Positions 31,421 to 42,087 of a DNA stretch of 64,000 bases are shown one piece after another; the stretch's first letter is position 1, and each line of letters opens with the position of its first letter. Source of the stretch: a virus; IMG/VR virus record IMGVR_UViG_3300047548_000772, positions 32,001 to 96,000 of that record. One strand, written 5' to 3'. A model generated the notes under the pieces. The model ran no database searches. It saw nothing but the letters and a program-made list of their open reading frames with translations, and was not told the DNA's origin. A program made the position numbers and the translations under genes.

Positions 31421-32492
31421 AAAGCAGTACAACAATCTACGTTCAGAAATCCTTGATGTTACAGACGAGGTTCTTCGCAGTGGCCAACTGATGAATGGCA
31501 ATTGGACTGCGGAGTTTGAAAACTGGCTGGCTAAAAAGAATCGCACAGCACATGCAGTTACTTGCCACTCTGGCACACAAGCACTAGAAATACTAGCAGC
31601 ATTTTACAAACATTTGTTGGCCATGGATAGTCCAACTGTTGTTATGCCTACGTTTACCTATGCGGCAACTGCCAATGCATTTATTCGCGCAGGATGGGAT
31701 GTGCACTTTGTTGACACAGATTATTACGGTGTACTAGATCCCAAACACATACCAAACATTGAGTACCAAGCAATTATCTTAGTAGGCTTATATGGTGCTG
31801 CTCTTTCACAACTAGAGCACACACATCACTGGTTGGATTGGTCATTAAACGACAAGTATCTTATTGAAGATGCAGCACAACATTGGTTAGCAGCGGCTAG
31901 TCGACGCATTGGACCTACTGCTATTAGTTTTGACCCAATGAAGAACTTACCTTGCTATGGCAATGGCGGTGCTATTGTCACCGATGCTGCGGATCTCGCA
32001 CATTTTGCACGTGAATGGAGAGACAACGGTAAACCTATACATCACTTAGTGGGCACTAACTCACGTATGAGCGAACTAGACTGTGCGCATATGATGGTTA
32101 AGACTCGTTATATCGACCAATGGCAGTCGCGACGTAGAGCAATTGCAACATACTGGCTCGAACGACTAAGCAAACACCCTCAGATTAAAACACTAGTTGA
32201 TTCAAAGAACTTGTCTACACACGCACTACACAAGTTTGTTATTCATGTAGACAATCGAGATCAACTTCGTAAGATGTTAGAAGTTCGTAAGATTGAAACT
32301 AAAGTTCACTACGAACGCCCGCTACACGAAATGGGGATGTTTACACAATATCCAGGGCCTAACATGTTAAGCACAGCATCTTCATTGGCTCGTCGTGTGC
32401 TGTCGTTACCTATATACCCTGAACTAACAGATCTTGAAGTAGAATATATTATCGATCAGGTAATAGATTGCGTTTCAGAAATGCATAACTAG
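31386..32492 (+). CDS. DegT/DnrJ/EryC1/StrS PLP-dependent aminotransferase
   Basis: SGTQAL, PTFTYAATANA, EDAAQ, SFDPMKNL..YGNGG, GTNSRM, LSLPIYP. Confidence 0.93.
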   Translation: MTGLTIPFTGLKKQYNNLRSEILDVTDEVLRSGQLMNGNWTAEFENWLAKKNRTAHAVTCHSGTQALEILAAFYKHLLAMDSPTVVMPTFTYAATANAFIRAGWDVHFVDTDYYGVLDPKHIPNIEYQAIILVGLYGAALSQLEHTHHWLDWSLNDKYLIEDAAQHWLAAASRRIGPTAISFDPMKNLPCYGNGGAIVTDAADLAHFAREWRDNGKPIHHLVGTNSRMSELDCAHMMVKTRYIDQWQSRRRAIATYWLERLSKHPQIKTLVDSKNLSTHALHKFVIHVDNRDQLRKMLEVRKIETKVHYERPLHEMGMFTQYPGPNMLSTASSLARRVLSLPIYPELTDLEVEYIIDQVIDCVSEMHN

Positions 32493-34065
32493 CAAGCCAG
32501 TCCCACTCGTAACTTTTCTTTAGTTCATCAAAGTCGCCGTTGACTGTATCGTAGTATTCTACTGCATCAAGGGCGCCATAACGGCTCCAATCTTCGTTGA
32601 CCACTGCTGACAAGGTGTTAGTTTCCTTGGTCCATTGCTTAATACGATACGCACTTTCCATATCGGGCAAGTTTGCTTTGAGTTTTAGTACTTCGCGGAA
32701 AGCAGTACGCCAGGCAATCCAAGGTGTGTAGTTATAACGTGCAACACCAGACAAGATAGGTACAACTTCGTGAGCATCATCTAATGTAAAGTCTAGTCCC
32801 TTACCAGGATTGTTTAATACTAGTTGTTTGTTATAGGCAATCATTGCTTGATGCCCATACTCTAATCCGTTAACAGGATTCTTAGCATGGAAGATATAAT
32901 GCTTGGCTGCTTGTAGTCTATCGGGTTGCCAATCCCATGGAAAATCGATGTCAACTTCTAACTTGGCAAACACGGCAAAGAACCAATCAGTTTCGCTGGC
33001 AGCGGCAGCGGCTTTGTACGCGGCAGCACGACCATTAACTCCGTCGACTCGGTGTAATCGTAACGAACCATAGTAAGGTGCCACACGTGCTTGAAGCCAT
33101 TGCCAATGTTGTTCAGCACACGGTTCGCCGTTGCTGATAAACACAATGTCTAATAGACGTTCCGGCCAGTTAGCAATAGACTTGTCGATTACAGGATAAT
33201 CGTAGAGTTGTGTTTTTAAAAAGTTCTTTGCTTCCCGTGGAACAACAACGTTAGATGCACCCGGAGTAAGCGGCACAATCGCTTTGGTTTCTTGGCGCCA
33301 TAGATTAATCACAGGATCATAACCAATAGGATCATAACGTGCAAATTGTACTACAGGATCTCGAAAATCGTATTCCCATACTGCTGGTACTTGACTGTCG
33401 TGCTCGTGATGATACACAGGAATGGGTCGACGTTTTACTGAAATATCTTCTACAAAGTGAATAGTGTCAAACCACTCAAGCAACGCTAGGTTTTCTACTT
33501 TCTTTAAGAAACTCGGAACATGTACAAAAAACGTATCGCCAAACCTTTGATCTTGGCTTGGAAATACGTGTAACATATCTAACTGCCATTCACTAGGGTG
33601 CCATGTAAAGTCAAAATCTGTGTAATCACAAACGCTAGATACTACCCAAACATATTCTTCATTGACTTTGCTTAGTGCACGTTTTAGTGTGCCTAAGTAG
33701 TCGCTAATATAACGTGTAGAGTATTCGCAGTCAATGTTTAGTCCGTTGCCGTGATCAATACCAACTCGAGATATCTGACCCTTTCTAAGAACTATATCGT
33801 GATTACGATTAATATCGTTTACACCCGATTTAGGAATTAAGTAAGTGCCGCCGTTTTCTTGCCACTGACTAGGCCATACATGTGTTTGATCGGATTCCCA
33901 GGGCACAGGTTCCCAAAGCCAATCGAACCGAGAATAGTCATTCAGGCCATCAACGACCCATAAGTATCGAGTACGACTGAGTTCGCAGGCATGCTCTAAA
34001 CTATTAGCACGCTGTTCATGCGGAAATAGTCCAGTTGCATTATTTAGATAAAAAACGTCAAACAT
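32449..34065 (-). CDS. Protein with three degenerate GT-A-like repeats
   Basis: C-terminal repeat is clearly homologous to ORF 50155-51081; two shorter N-terminal repeats share the (Y/W)xWVV...F.W.P..W pattern. Confidence 0.7.
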   Translation of the reverse strand: MFDVFYLNNATGLFPHEQRANSLEHACELSRTRYLWVVDGLNDYSRFDWLWEPVPWESDQTHVWPSQWQENGGTYLIPKSGVNDINRNHDIVLRKGQISRVGIDHGNGLNIDCEYSTRYISDYLGTLKRALSKVNEEYVWVVSSVCDYTDFDFTWHPSEWQLDMLHVFPSQDQRFGDTFFVHVPSFLKKVENLALLEWFDTIHFVEDISVKRRPIPVYHHEHDSQVPAVWEYDFRDPVVQFARYDPIGYDPVINLWRQETKAIVPLTPGASNVVVPREAKNFLKTQLYDYPVIDKSIANWPERLLDIVFISNGEPCAEQHWQWLQARVAPYYGSLRLHRVDGVNGRAAAYKAAAAASETDWFFAVFAKLEVDIDFPWDWQPDRLQAAKHYIFHAKNPVNGLEYGHQAMIAYNKQLVLNNPGKGLDFTLDDAHEVVPILSGVARYNYTPWIAWRTAFREVLKLKANLPDMESAYRIKQWTKETNTLSAVVNEDWSRYGALDAVEYYDTVNGDFDELKKSYEWDWLASYAFLKRNLLPDR

Positions 34066-35176
34066 GATTCGTATTGATGAAATATATAATAACGTATTTC
34101 TAGCAGCATTGCAAGATCAACGGAGAACCTCTATACATTGGTTTGATCCTTTTGGGTCAACTAGTTTTGACGATATCAAAAGCGAACCCAAAATTCAAAG
34201 TATTCCTTATACAGGCCCGAACAACACAACACTATATTGGGAAGTTGATCATCGAATACTATTCTGGGATCAAGAACCATTACACAGAGATCGTGCTGCA
34301 CAATGCCTTGATTCATTTTGTGCTGTTTACAACTCACACAATAAGTATCGAACATTAGTAACTTCAGAATATTGCAGCGAAGATGTTCAATGGGCACAAG
34401 ATACTTATGGGCTAAGACCTGCGTATTATTTCTTTCATGCCTGGGCATCATTAGATTGGTACCGCGGGTACAATCACAGTTATCTAATAGAACCATTTAA
34501 ATACCGTCAGCCTACATACACATTTTTGTGCCCGAATAATATTATCGGCGGTCGTCGCCGACATAGATTAGAATTGTTATCGGAATTAATTGATCGTGAA
34601 CTTGTGTACAACAACTTGGTTAGCTTTCCAGATCGTTGTCCTTATGAAAACAAATCGGTTACTGAACTATGTCAGGAATACGACATAGACATGGCCGCCG
34701 TCGACTTACCGTTAAAGATCGATCACGGTGCTAATTATCATTCAGGTAGCCATCAAATTGACATGTGGTCGTTGGCCAGTCAAAGTCTGTTGCACGTTGT
34801 CACTGAAACTGTGTATAATGGACGTAAGCAACATCTAACAGAAAAAACATTTAAACCTATTGTTATGCAACAGCCGTTTGTTTTAGTCAGTTGTCGAGGC
34901 AGTTTAGAATACTTACGCAGGTATGGATTTAAAACGTTCAATGATGTGTGGGACGAAAGCTATGACGACGCAAGCGACGAGTCGCGTATTTTAAAAATAG
35001 GTAAATTGTTGTCGGACATTCACAACTTGTCTTTAAAAGAAAAACAACAGTTACAAAAGCATCTAACACCAATTGTCGAACATAACTACAATTGGTTTTA
35101 CTCCAATGACTATCAAAGTTTATTGTGGGACGAATTAACAACTATGGTGAATCAATGGTTTTATCGTTTTGTGTAG
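34064..35176 (+). CDS. Glycosyltransferase-like protein (ET..TEK family)
   Basis: LHVVTET...LTEKTFKPIVMQQPF...GFKTF. Confidence 0.7.
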   Translation: MIRIDEIYNNVFLAALQDQRRTSIHWFDPFGSTSFDDIKSEPKIQSIPYTGPNNTTLYWEVDHRILFWDQEPLHRDRAAQCLDSFCAVYNSHNKYRTLVTSEYCSEDVQWAQDTYGLRPAYYFFHAWASLDWYRGYNHSYLIEPFKYRQPTYTFLCPNNIIGGRRRHRLELLSELIDRELVYNNLVSFPDRCPYENKSVTELCQEYDIDMAAVDLPLKIDHGANYHSGSHQIDMWSLASQSLLHVVTETVYNGRKQHLTEKTFKPIVMQQPFVLVSCRGSLEYLRRYGFKTFNDVWDESYDDASDESRILKIGKLLSDIHNLSLKEKQQLQKHLTPIVEHNYNWFYSNDYQSLLWDELTTMVNQWFYRFV

Positions 35177-36345
35177 ACAAACTTGTCGACGGCAAGCCTT
35201 ATCCAAATGCTGCTGTTTGGCAAGCACAACCTTATACACCCGAATGGCGTAAATTTAGTGTTAACTGGCCGTATTCAGAACCTGTGCACTTTTTTGAATA
35301 TTTAGATCGTTGTAGGATTCCTTATAAGATCGTACAGTGGACACAAGCCGACCGCAACACATTTTATCCTATAAGTTTAAGCTTCTTTGATTTTGGTATC
35401 GATTGGTTCGCAACCATACGCCCAGAGATCAAGGAAAAGCTACGTGCCGACGGCCTAACACTTTGGTTCTTTTACAGCGAGGGCGACAACCCCAAACGCA
35501 TATACGAACATTTGTTAAAGCAAGCAGAACAACACACAATCAAACCTGAACGCATACGTTTTACCAGTGCAAACTCAATGGCAGATTCACTGGAAAACTT
35601 TAGTTACTTTGTTGACGATGAATGTCTATACCAATTGCGCAACACAGACGCTCCGGTGGACTTTCATACACAACCGCGCGATAAGAAATTTACTATGTTG
35701 GTTCGTACACACAAGTGGTGGCGTGCTACAACCATGGCTAGATTTTGGTCGCAAGGCTTGCATAAACAAGGTTACTTTTCATATAACAACGCACTAGGCG
35801 TAGATGACCAAGAAAATGATAATCCAATTGAAATTGATAGCTTTGAAAATCTACGCAACAATACCTATGAATTCTTAAATCAATGCCCGTTTGTTGCAGA
35901 TAGCCTTAGTCCGGACCAGCACAACTTGTATGCTACCACGGTTGAAGAACACTTCGGTAACAGTTATCTTAACGTTATATTAGAAACACACTTGGACGTG
36001 GATCAAAGTAATGGCGTATTTTTAACAGAAAAAACTTTTAAACCAATCAAGCATTCGCAACCATTTATTATATTTGGCGCAGCAGGTAGCATTGCACAAC
36101 TTCGTGCAATGGGTTACCGAACATTCGACCACGTAATTAACCACAATTACGATAGTATTGCTGATAACACACAACGTTGGGATGCAGCATGCCGCGAATT
36201 TGAACACTTAATGACCTGCGACTTACATCAATTATATCTTGCTTGCGAAGGTGATCTTCGACACAACCAACAATTATTCTTAGCAAGCAAAGAAGCCCGC
36301 GTAAATAGTCTACTAGAGAGAATAACACATGCAACCATTAGTTAA
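35155..36345 (+). CDS. Glycosyltransferase-like protein (ET..TEK family)
   Basis: LNVILET...LTEKTFKPIKHSQPF...GYRTF. Confidence 0.7.
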   Translation: MVLSFCVDKLVDGKPYPNAAVWQAQPYTPEWRKFSVNWPYSEPVHFFEYLDRCRIPYKIVQWTQADRNTFYPISLSFFDFGIDWFATIRPEIKEKLRADGLTLWFFYSEGDNPKRIYEHLLKQAEQHTIKPERIRFTSANSMADSLENFSYFVDDECLYQLRNTDAPVDFHTQPRDKKFTMLVRTHKWWRATTMARFWSQGLHKQGYFSYNNALGVDDQENDNPIEIDSFENLRNNTYEFLNQCPFVADSLSPDQHNLYATTVEEHFGNSYLNVILETHLDVDQSNGVFLTEKTFKPIKHSQPFIIFGAAGSIAQLRAMGYRTFDHVINHNYDSIADNTQRWDAACREFEHLMTCDLHQLYLACEGDLRHNQQLFLASKEARVNSLLERITHATIS

Positions 36346-37357
36346 TAGTTACACCAGCTGGCAACCACTTGAAGAAGTTATCGTAGGGCGAGCATACACG
36401 CCTGACTATTTTGATTTTATCGAAAATGCGCAAGTGCGTAACCAACTACAACAAATTCTAGCCGAAACTGATGAAGATTTAAACAATCTACAACGTATTA
36501 TTGAACAATACGGTGCTGTTGTTCGTCGTCCAGATTTACCAAACAAAGACTGGTTTATTGATTCGCAAATTAATTCAGACGGTGCACCGTTGCCTCCGCT
36601 TACTCCACGCGACTGGCAAATTAGTCTTGGACAAAAACTCCTGCGTGTGTTACCAATGACAGAGTTAAATGATATATGTAAACTCTACGGAGATCAAGTT
36701 ATTAACCCACACGGTGAAACATGGGATCCTAACTGTATCCTAAACGGTGCATCAGCAAGTTGTATCGTGCGTGTAGGACGTGACGTATTCTTTGATAACT
36801 CGGATCATTTAAAGCCAGAACAAACTCAATGGATAATCGAAAACTGCTTAGGACCGGAATATCGTGTGCATGAAGCAATCACCGATGGTCACGGCGATGC
36901 TGTATTTGCTATTCTAAAGCCAGGAGTTATTTTGAGCAGCAAGCACGATGTTAACTTAGATCTAGCCGGGGACTTTCCAGGGTGGGATGTATGTAAGATT
37001 TGGGATTCTAGCATTTGGGCTGCTATGGAAGTTGGTAAGTTCAAAGAAGAAAACTTCAACGGTTCCTGGTATGTACAGGGACAAACACCCACAGCAGAAT
37101 TTACAAACTTTGTAGATACTTACTTAAAGAACTGGGTAGGATTTGTATCAGAAACTGTGTTTGATGTTAATTGTTTAGTACTCGATGAAGAAAATGTAAT
37201 CTTCAGTGCTTACAACAAACAAGTATTTGATTTTTGCGCCAAGCACAAGATCAATCCTATTATTGCAGAACTGCGTCACAGTTACTTTTGGGATGGCGGC
37301 GTTAGTTGCTGTACCCAAGACATCCGACGCCGCGGCGGACTAGAGTCTTATCTCTAA
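36329..37357 (+). CDS. Amidinotransferase (glycine/inosamine-phosphate amidinotransferase family)
   Basis: NSYTSWQPLEEVIVG, PRD, HGD, C-terminal DGGVSCCTQDIRR. Confidence 0.82.
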   Translation: MQPLVNSYTSWQPLEEVIVGRAYTPDYFDFIENAQVRNQLQQILAETDEDLNNLQRIIEQYGAVVRRPDLPNKDWFIDSQINSDGAPLPPLTPRDWQISLGQKLLRVLPMTELNDICKLYGDQVINPHGETWDPNCILNGASASCIVRVGRDVFFDNSDHLKPEQTQWIIENCLGPEYRVHEAITDGHGDAVFAILKPGVILSSKHDVNLDLAGDFPGWDVCKIWDSSIWAAMEVGKFKEENFNGSWYVQGQTPTAEFTNFVDTYLKNWVGFVSETVFDVNCLVLDEENVIFSAYNKQVFDFCAKHKINPIIAELRHSYFWDGGVSCCTQDIRRRGGLESYL

Positions 37358-38160
37358 CTGTTACTACGTTGTAGTAACTTTTCCCAGGTATCGTCAGGAC
37401 CCAACACTGGCAATGGCCAAGCATTTGGGGAATTTGGCGGGAAAGCAACAATACTAAAAATAGCGTCATTGCCAAATTGATTATCTGGGTTATTGTTAAA
37501 GTTTTGTGGGTTGTAATTGCGCACCACACACCAGCCCATTTGATAACCTAGTGCGTCGAGCATATTATACAGCTCAGGAATATTTTCGCTTTCTTGTGCT
37601 TCAAAGTAAATTACAGGCAAATACTTTTTAATAGTTTCTGCTGCACCTTGAAATACGCCCGGTTCGTGTCCTTCAACGTCAATTTTTATTAACCCTGGTG
37701 GCAAAATTTTACCCGCGGTGACCAACGAATCTATAGAATCCATTGCTACTTCAACACCCGTCTTGGTACCAACACGGGCCATACCATAGTTGCCAATTTG
37801 TGTTACATCAATTTCTTCTACTAAGATTTTTCCTGCAGCATTGCTTACTGCTAGATTAAACAATGTACAACGCGGCTCTTCTTGTAGGTTCATACGCAAC
37901 ATTTTATAGTGCTGCGGATTTGCTTCAAAACAATAAACATGCTTGCTACGACTTGCAAATGCACTAGCGTGATAACCTATGTTACTGCCAATGTCATAGA
38001 CCACAGTATCTTCACCAACTAACTGTAGTAGCATGTCTAATTCAACTTGTTGATATTCACCATACAAGCGCAAACTTGCACTGATAATATCGTCCCAACG
38101 ATAAACAATGAATCTATCTCGGTACCTTGTTCGTATTACATCTGTATAATCTAACTGCAT
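37354..38160 (-). CDS. FkbM-family SAM methyltransferase
   Basis: DIGSNIGYH, FEANP, IKIDVEGHE, IYFE. Confidence 0.92.
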   Translation of the reverse strand: MQLDYTDVIRTRYRDRFIVYRWDDIISASLRLYGEYQQVELDMLLQLVGEDTVVYDIGSNIGYHASAFASRSKHVYCFEANPQHYKMLRMNLQEEPRCTLFNLAVSNAAGKILVEEIDVTQIGNYGMARVGTKTGVEVAMDSIDSLVTAGKILPPGLIKIDVEGHEPGVFQGAAETIKKYLPVIYFEAQESENIPELYNMLDALGYQMGWCVVRNYNPQNFNNNPDNQFGNDAIFSIVAFPPNSPNAWPLPVLGPDDTWEKLLQRSNS

Positions 38161-39635
38161 ACTCGCACACCATATTTTTCTTCAAAGCGATCGGCATCGG
38201 CACGATCATCAACCATTGGTTCACCGCGGATATTTAGCGATGTGTTTAGTAACATCGGGCAACCTGTTTCTGCATACCACGCTTCTAAGAGTTGTCGGAT
38301 GCCTGATCCACAATCCTTTGGCACAGTTTGTACACGACTACTCCCGTCAACATGAACAATAGCAGGATATACGTCAGGATTCCTACAACGAGCGACTGTT
38401 TGCATATACCTGCTGTGATGCCAGCCATAAGGCATACTGAAGTAATCACTAACATACTCTTCCAGAATAACTGGCGCAAAGGGTCTAAACTTTTGTCTAC
38501 GTTTGATCTCATTTACTTGATCCTTGATTTCTGTACCACGAGGGTCTGCTAACAAACTACGATTGCCCAAAGCACGTGGACCGAATTCGGCGCGGCCGCT
38601 GGCAACACCTACAATCTTATTGATCTTTAATTCTTTAACTAGTTCGCCTACGGGATAAGGGCCTGTGATATCTGTGCCCAAGTAAGGATGTTCCCAATTT
38701 AACTTGCCACCGTGAGCTAAAGCTGCTGCGCCAAGACTTGACCCACAATCGCCTGGGTTAGGCATAATCCAGAAATTACTAAAGAACTTGCCCATGTGCG
38801 AGTTAGCCACACAATTAAGAGCAACGCCTCCCATATACACTACATTCATGCTACGAGTCATGTGCGATGCTCTAAGCATTACGCTATCGACCATTTGCTC
38901 AACAATCTTTTGTGCAGCATAAGCAAGTTCAACATCGCTAAACTGATCTAACCAATTATCAGGTACGCCAATATGGAAGTTCTCTTTAAATCGGCACTCG
39001 GTTATGCTGTCTACTACTAAGTCGTACATTGCACGATAAGCCTTATTGTCACCCCAAGCAGCCATGCCCATAGTAATGTATTCTTCGTCCATTGGACGCA
39101 ATCCTACACGCTTGGTTACTGCAGAGAAGAACATACCTATGCTGTGCGGGTACTTTTGACGCCATAGTAAATGATACTGTGCCCGACCCTTAGGATCATA
39201 ATAAGCATCGTAAATGCTGATTGTGTCGGATTCACCGATAGCATCAATAACAACTACCGCTGCTTCCGCAAATGGCGACGTTTGAAATCCTGCGGCTGCA
39301 TGGCTCTTGTGGTGGTCGCTTGATGAAATTTGTCGCGGGTTAAGAAAATAGTTGCCCAGTTGATCACGTAGGGCTCGCTTAGTCGTCCAGACGTCACTAA
39401 ATCCTTCACCAGATCTAAGCGATCGTAATTGTCTTCGCCACGGTGTTTCATAGTATGCTAAATGTCCTGTATAATAAGGTTCTACTGCATCTAAAATGCC
39501 TGCACACAAATTCGGATCGTTTTTCTTTTTACTAAAACGTTCCGAGTGCCCTGCAAATAGTATGTCGCCCTGCTGGTTAACAACGCTGATACCAGCGTCA
39601 TGAAATCCAGCCGAAATTCCGATTATGTTGCTCAT
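38151..39635 (-). CDS. Carbamoyltransferase (NodU/CmcH/TobZ family)
   Basis: GFHDAG...ERFS, HHKSHAAA, GGVALN, DCGSSLG, AEFGPRALGNRS, RPFAP, LNTSLN. Confidence 0.95.
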   Translation of the reverse strand: MSNIIGISAGFHDAGISVVNQQGDILFAGHSERFSKKKNDPNLCAGILDAVEPYYTGHLAYYETPWRRQLRSLRSGEGFSDVWTTKRALRDQLGNYFLNPRQISSSDHHKSHAAAGFQTSPFAEAAVVVIDAIGESDTISIYDAYYDPKGRAQYHLLWRQKYPHSIGMFFSAVTKRVGLRPMDEEYITMGMAAWGDNKAYRAMYDLVVDSITECRFKENFHIGVPDNWLDQFSDVELAYAAQKIVEQMVDSVMLRASHMTRSMNVVYMGGVALNCVANSHMGKFFSNFWIMPNPGDCGSSLGAAALAHGGKLNWEHPYLGTDITGPYPVGELVKELKINKIVGVASGRAEFGPRALGNRSLLADPRGTEIKDQVNEIKRRQKFRPFAPVILEEYVSDYFSMPYGWHHSRYMQTVARCRNPDVYPAIVHVDGSSRVQTVPKDCGSGIRQLLEAWYAETGCPMLLNTSLNIRGEPMVDDRADADRFEEKYGVRVCS

Positions 39636-39733
39636 TTGTAGATAAATGGATCGCGCTTGCGAAGTTCCTTTAGTTTACGACGATAGTTAATTTCTAACTT
39701 AATTTTGTAATATAAATTACGAATCCAACCCAT
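39632..39733 (-). CDS. Small basic peptide (33 aa)
   Basis: Own translation MGWIRNLYYKIKLEINYRRKLKELRKRDPFIYK; AAGGAG RBS. Confidence 0.65.
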   Translation of the reverse strand: MGWIRNLYYKIKLEINYRRKLKELRKRDPFIYK

Positions 39734-39734
39734 T

Positions 39735-40820
39735 TTACTCTCCTTGAATTATGCTTACTTGACGTGCAATAAAATCTGCATCATTCCAATGATAATTGTA
39801 TGTTGCTGACGCTTGACTAGTCTTTACTGAATATACATCTAAATATCTACTTAGCGTATTCCAAATGACCCGGAAATCATTGGTACCAAATGTTCTAATC
39901 AAATCTACTTGCCCGATTTGTGGATGGCCGATTGTTAAACTCTTATCCTCTGGATCGAATCCATTGGCTGTTAACCAATTGCGAAAATCTTCTAACTTTT
40001 GTTGCTGCCACGCAAACTCTCCAGGATTGCGTCCCCATTCTATGTCAAAGTCGCCAGCGGCTTCTGTTTGACTGCGCAGCGTAGAGCTGACTAACTCACC
40101 CAATCGGCTGTCGCGACCTTCATCATTAAACACTTCCCAGTGGTGTTTGCCTACTGCTTTGTTAACTCCAACAAATACACCACCGAGATCGCGATTAATT
40201 GTGTTAATACCAAACAATTCGTAGTCCTCGGGTTCTAGTACAAACCTAGGAGCACGTAACCAACACATTAGTTGACTAGGGCGTACCCATTCTGGTGCTT
40301 CAATTTCTTTGCGATAACTTAGTGCCCAAGACTCAAACTCGTGACATAGCAAGTTTAATTGACGTATGTGCCAGCGTGTTTGCGGATCTGCTTGTGTATA
40401 ATAAGGACTAATGGCGCCGCTGACGCCTTGTAAATCTTCAAAGTAACGATGCAACCAATTAAACTTATCGTGTACTAAATTTCTACCAACAGTTCTATTA
40501 CCCACTGGATCGTCGGTAATGGTGTTGTCCATTGAAAAGTAGTCGTCGATTGTGTATCCCAAATTGGCTGAATTAATTGCAGCAATACTACGGTTAATTT
40601 GATCTAATATATAAGGACCATTGCGCCCGGACTCTACAAATCCAAAAAAGCAATAATTCTTTTCTAAATGATAATTGTTGACTAATAGATTATCTAGCGC
40701 AGCAAGCCATTTACGACTTAATGAATTATCCCAAATGTCTAAATGTACAGTAAAGAACTCGTTGTTTACAGAATCACGTAATTGGATTTCAACTTTATCT
40801 AAGATTTTGCCACCACTCAT
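39735..40820 (-). CDS. Hypothetical protein
   Basis: 361-aa ORF in the operon; no recognised motif. Confidence 0.75.
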   Translation of the reverse strand: MSGGKILDKVEIQLRDSVNNEFFTVHLDIWDNSLSRKWLAALDNLLVNNYHLEKNYCFFGFVESGRNGPYILDQINRSIAAINSANLGYTIDDYFSMDNTITDDPVGNRTVGRNLVHDKFNWLHRYFEDLQGVSGAISPYYTQADPQTRWHIRQLNLLCHEFESWALSYRKEIEAPEWVRPSQLMCWLRAPRFVLEPEDYELFGINTINRDLGGVFVGVNKAVGKHHWEVFNDEGRDSRLGELVSSTLRSQTEAAGDFDIEWGRNPGEFAWQQQKLEDFRNWLTANGFDPEDKSLTIGHPQIGQVDLIRTFGTNDFRVIWNTLSRYLDVYSVKTSQASATYNYHWNDADFIARQVSIIQGE

Positions 40821-42087
40821 AAACTTCTGCGTCTTCCTTTAAGATGTCACTCATAGTATAATTATCTTCGCGGATACGCTCGATGTTAGAATTGCGTTCT
40901 TTGGCTGCTAGCAAAATAGGCTTATAAGTGTCAGGCCATTGTTCTTCAAACGTAGGACGGCTTTTTAATTGTACCAACACATCACGCATAGGACCACTGG
41001 TACAGTCTGTGATTAGCTTGTCTAAGATTCTATTTAATATTGGACGCGGTAAAGCCAATGGGCTCATAATAACTTCTGGACTAAAACTAAACACAACTTT
41101 GGGCAGAATATCAACATTTAATTCTTCAGCTAATTTTTGTATATTGTTGACTTCAAACAAGCCAGGTAACGTTAGCGTAAAATCAAGTCGCATTTGGCGG
41201 CGGTGACGCTGGTGTGCTACACCTTGCTTAAAGTTTTCCAACCATTCAGCATAGTTTAATCCTGTGCGTATGTATTCGCCGATGCGCCCGGTGCCGTCAA
41301 TTGACGCACATATTTGCCAATCGCGTAAATGATCTAATACATCGCGGAATAAATTAATACCACGATAATCAACGCGACTTAAATTGGTATTGTAACGAGC
41401 ATATACACGATATCCATCGCCTAATTCAACAATGCGCTGCATATAACGCCAGTGTTGTTCAAACATCAATGGTTCGCCGCCGACCCAATATACTTCTTCT
41501 ACTCGATGTTCTTCTACTGCTTGAGCAAACTCTGCTTCAATTTGTGTGTCTTGAAATGCAGTAATTTGTTGTTTGATTTCAGGACGCATCCAGTTGTTTT
41601 TAGGGTCAGACCAGTCAACAGAATTGTGCTGGCGTTCTTCGGATTCCCACGAACTAGATAGCATATCGCCGCACATGCGACATTTAAAGTTACATAAGTT
41701 AGAGAAGCGATAATCCCACGACACAGGTTTAGCTGACGTATATCCTGTGTTATCTGTGGCAGCCATTAAATCATCATATTTGTGTTTAAACAAATGCCAA
41801 AAGTAACTACGGTAAACGTCAGTGTTTAACAACTTACTATTACATACATCACATTCGGGCAAGGTTTCGCCAGCCATCATACGGCGGCGCACTGACTTCA
41901 TGTGCTCAGAATTCCAATGTTCATCTAGTGTTATAGGTATGTATTTGCCTGTGCCCGCGGATGTGTCAATATACTGACGAAAGTTTTGTGCTGGTTCTCG
42001 TGATGCACAGCACATTCTGCGCTCTGTTTGCGGCGACAAATATGTGTGAGTCCACGGTGCTAGACAAAGCGTATCAGGTTTTGACAT
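40795..42087 (-). CDS. Radical SAM protein with N-terminal SPASM/twitch-like domain
   Basis: LCLAPW...CC...CDVC; NLCNFKCRMC; GGEP. Confidence 0.9.
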   Translation of the reverse strand: MSKPDTLCLAPWTHTYLSPQTERRMCCASREPAQNFRQYIDTSAGTGKYIPITLDEHWNSEHMKSVRRRMMAGETLPECDVCNSKLLNTDVYRSYFWHLFKHKYDDLMAATDNTGYTSAKPVSWDYRFSNLCNFKCRMCGDMLSSSWESEERQHNSVDWSDPKNNWMRPEIKQQITAFQDTQIEAEFAQAVEEHRVEEVYWVGGEPLMFEQHWRYMQRIVELGDGYRVYARYNTNLSRVDYRGINLFRDVLDHLRDWQICASIDGTGRIGEYIRTGLNYAEWLENFKQGVAHQRHRRQMRLDFTLTLPGLFEVNNIQKLAEELNVDILPKVVFSFSPEVIMSPLALPRPILNRILDKLITDCTSGPMRDVLVQLKSRPTFEEQWPDTYKPILLAAKERNSNIERIREDNYTMSDILKEDAEVYEWWQNLR

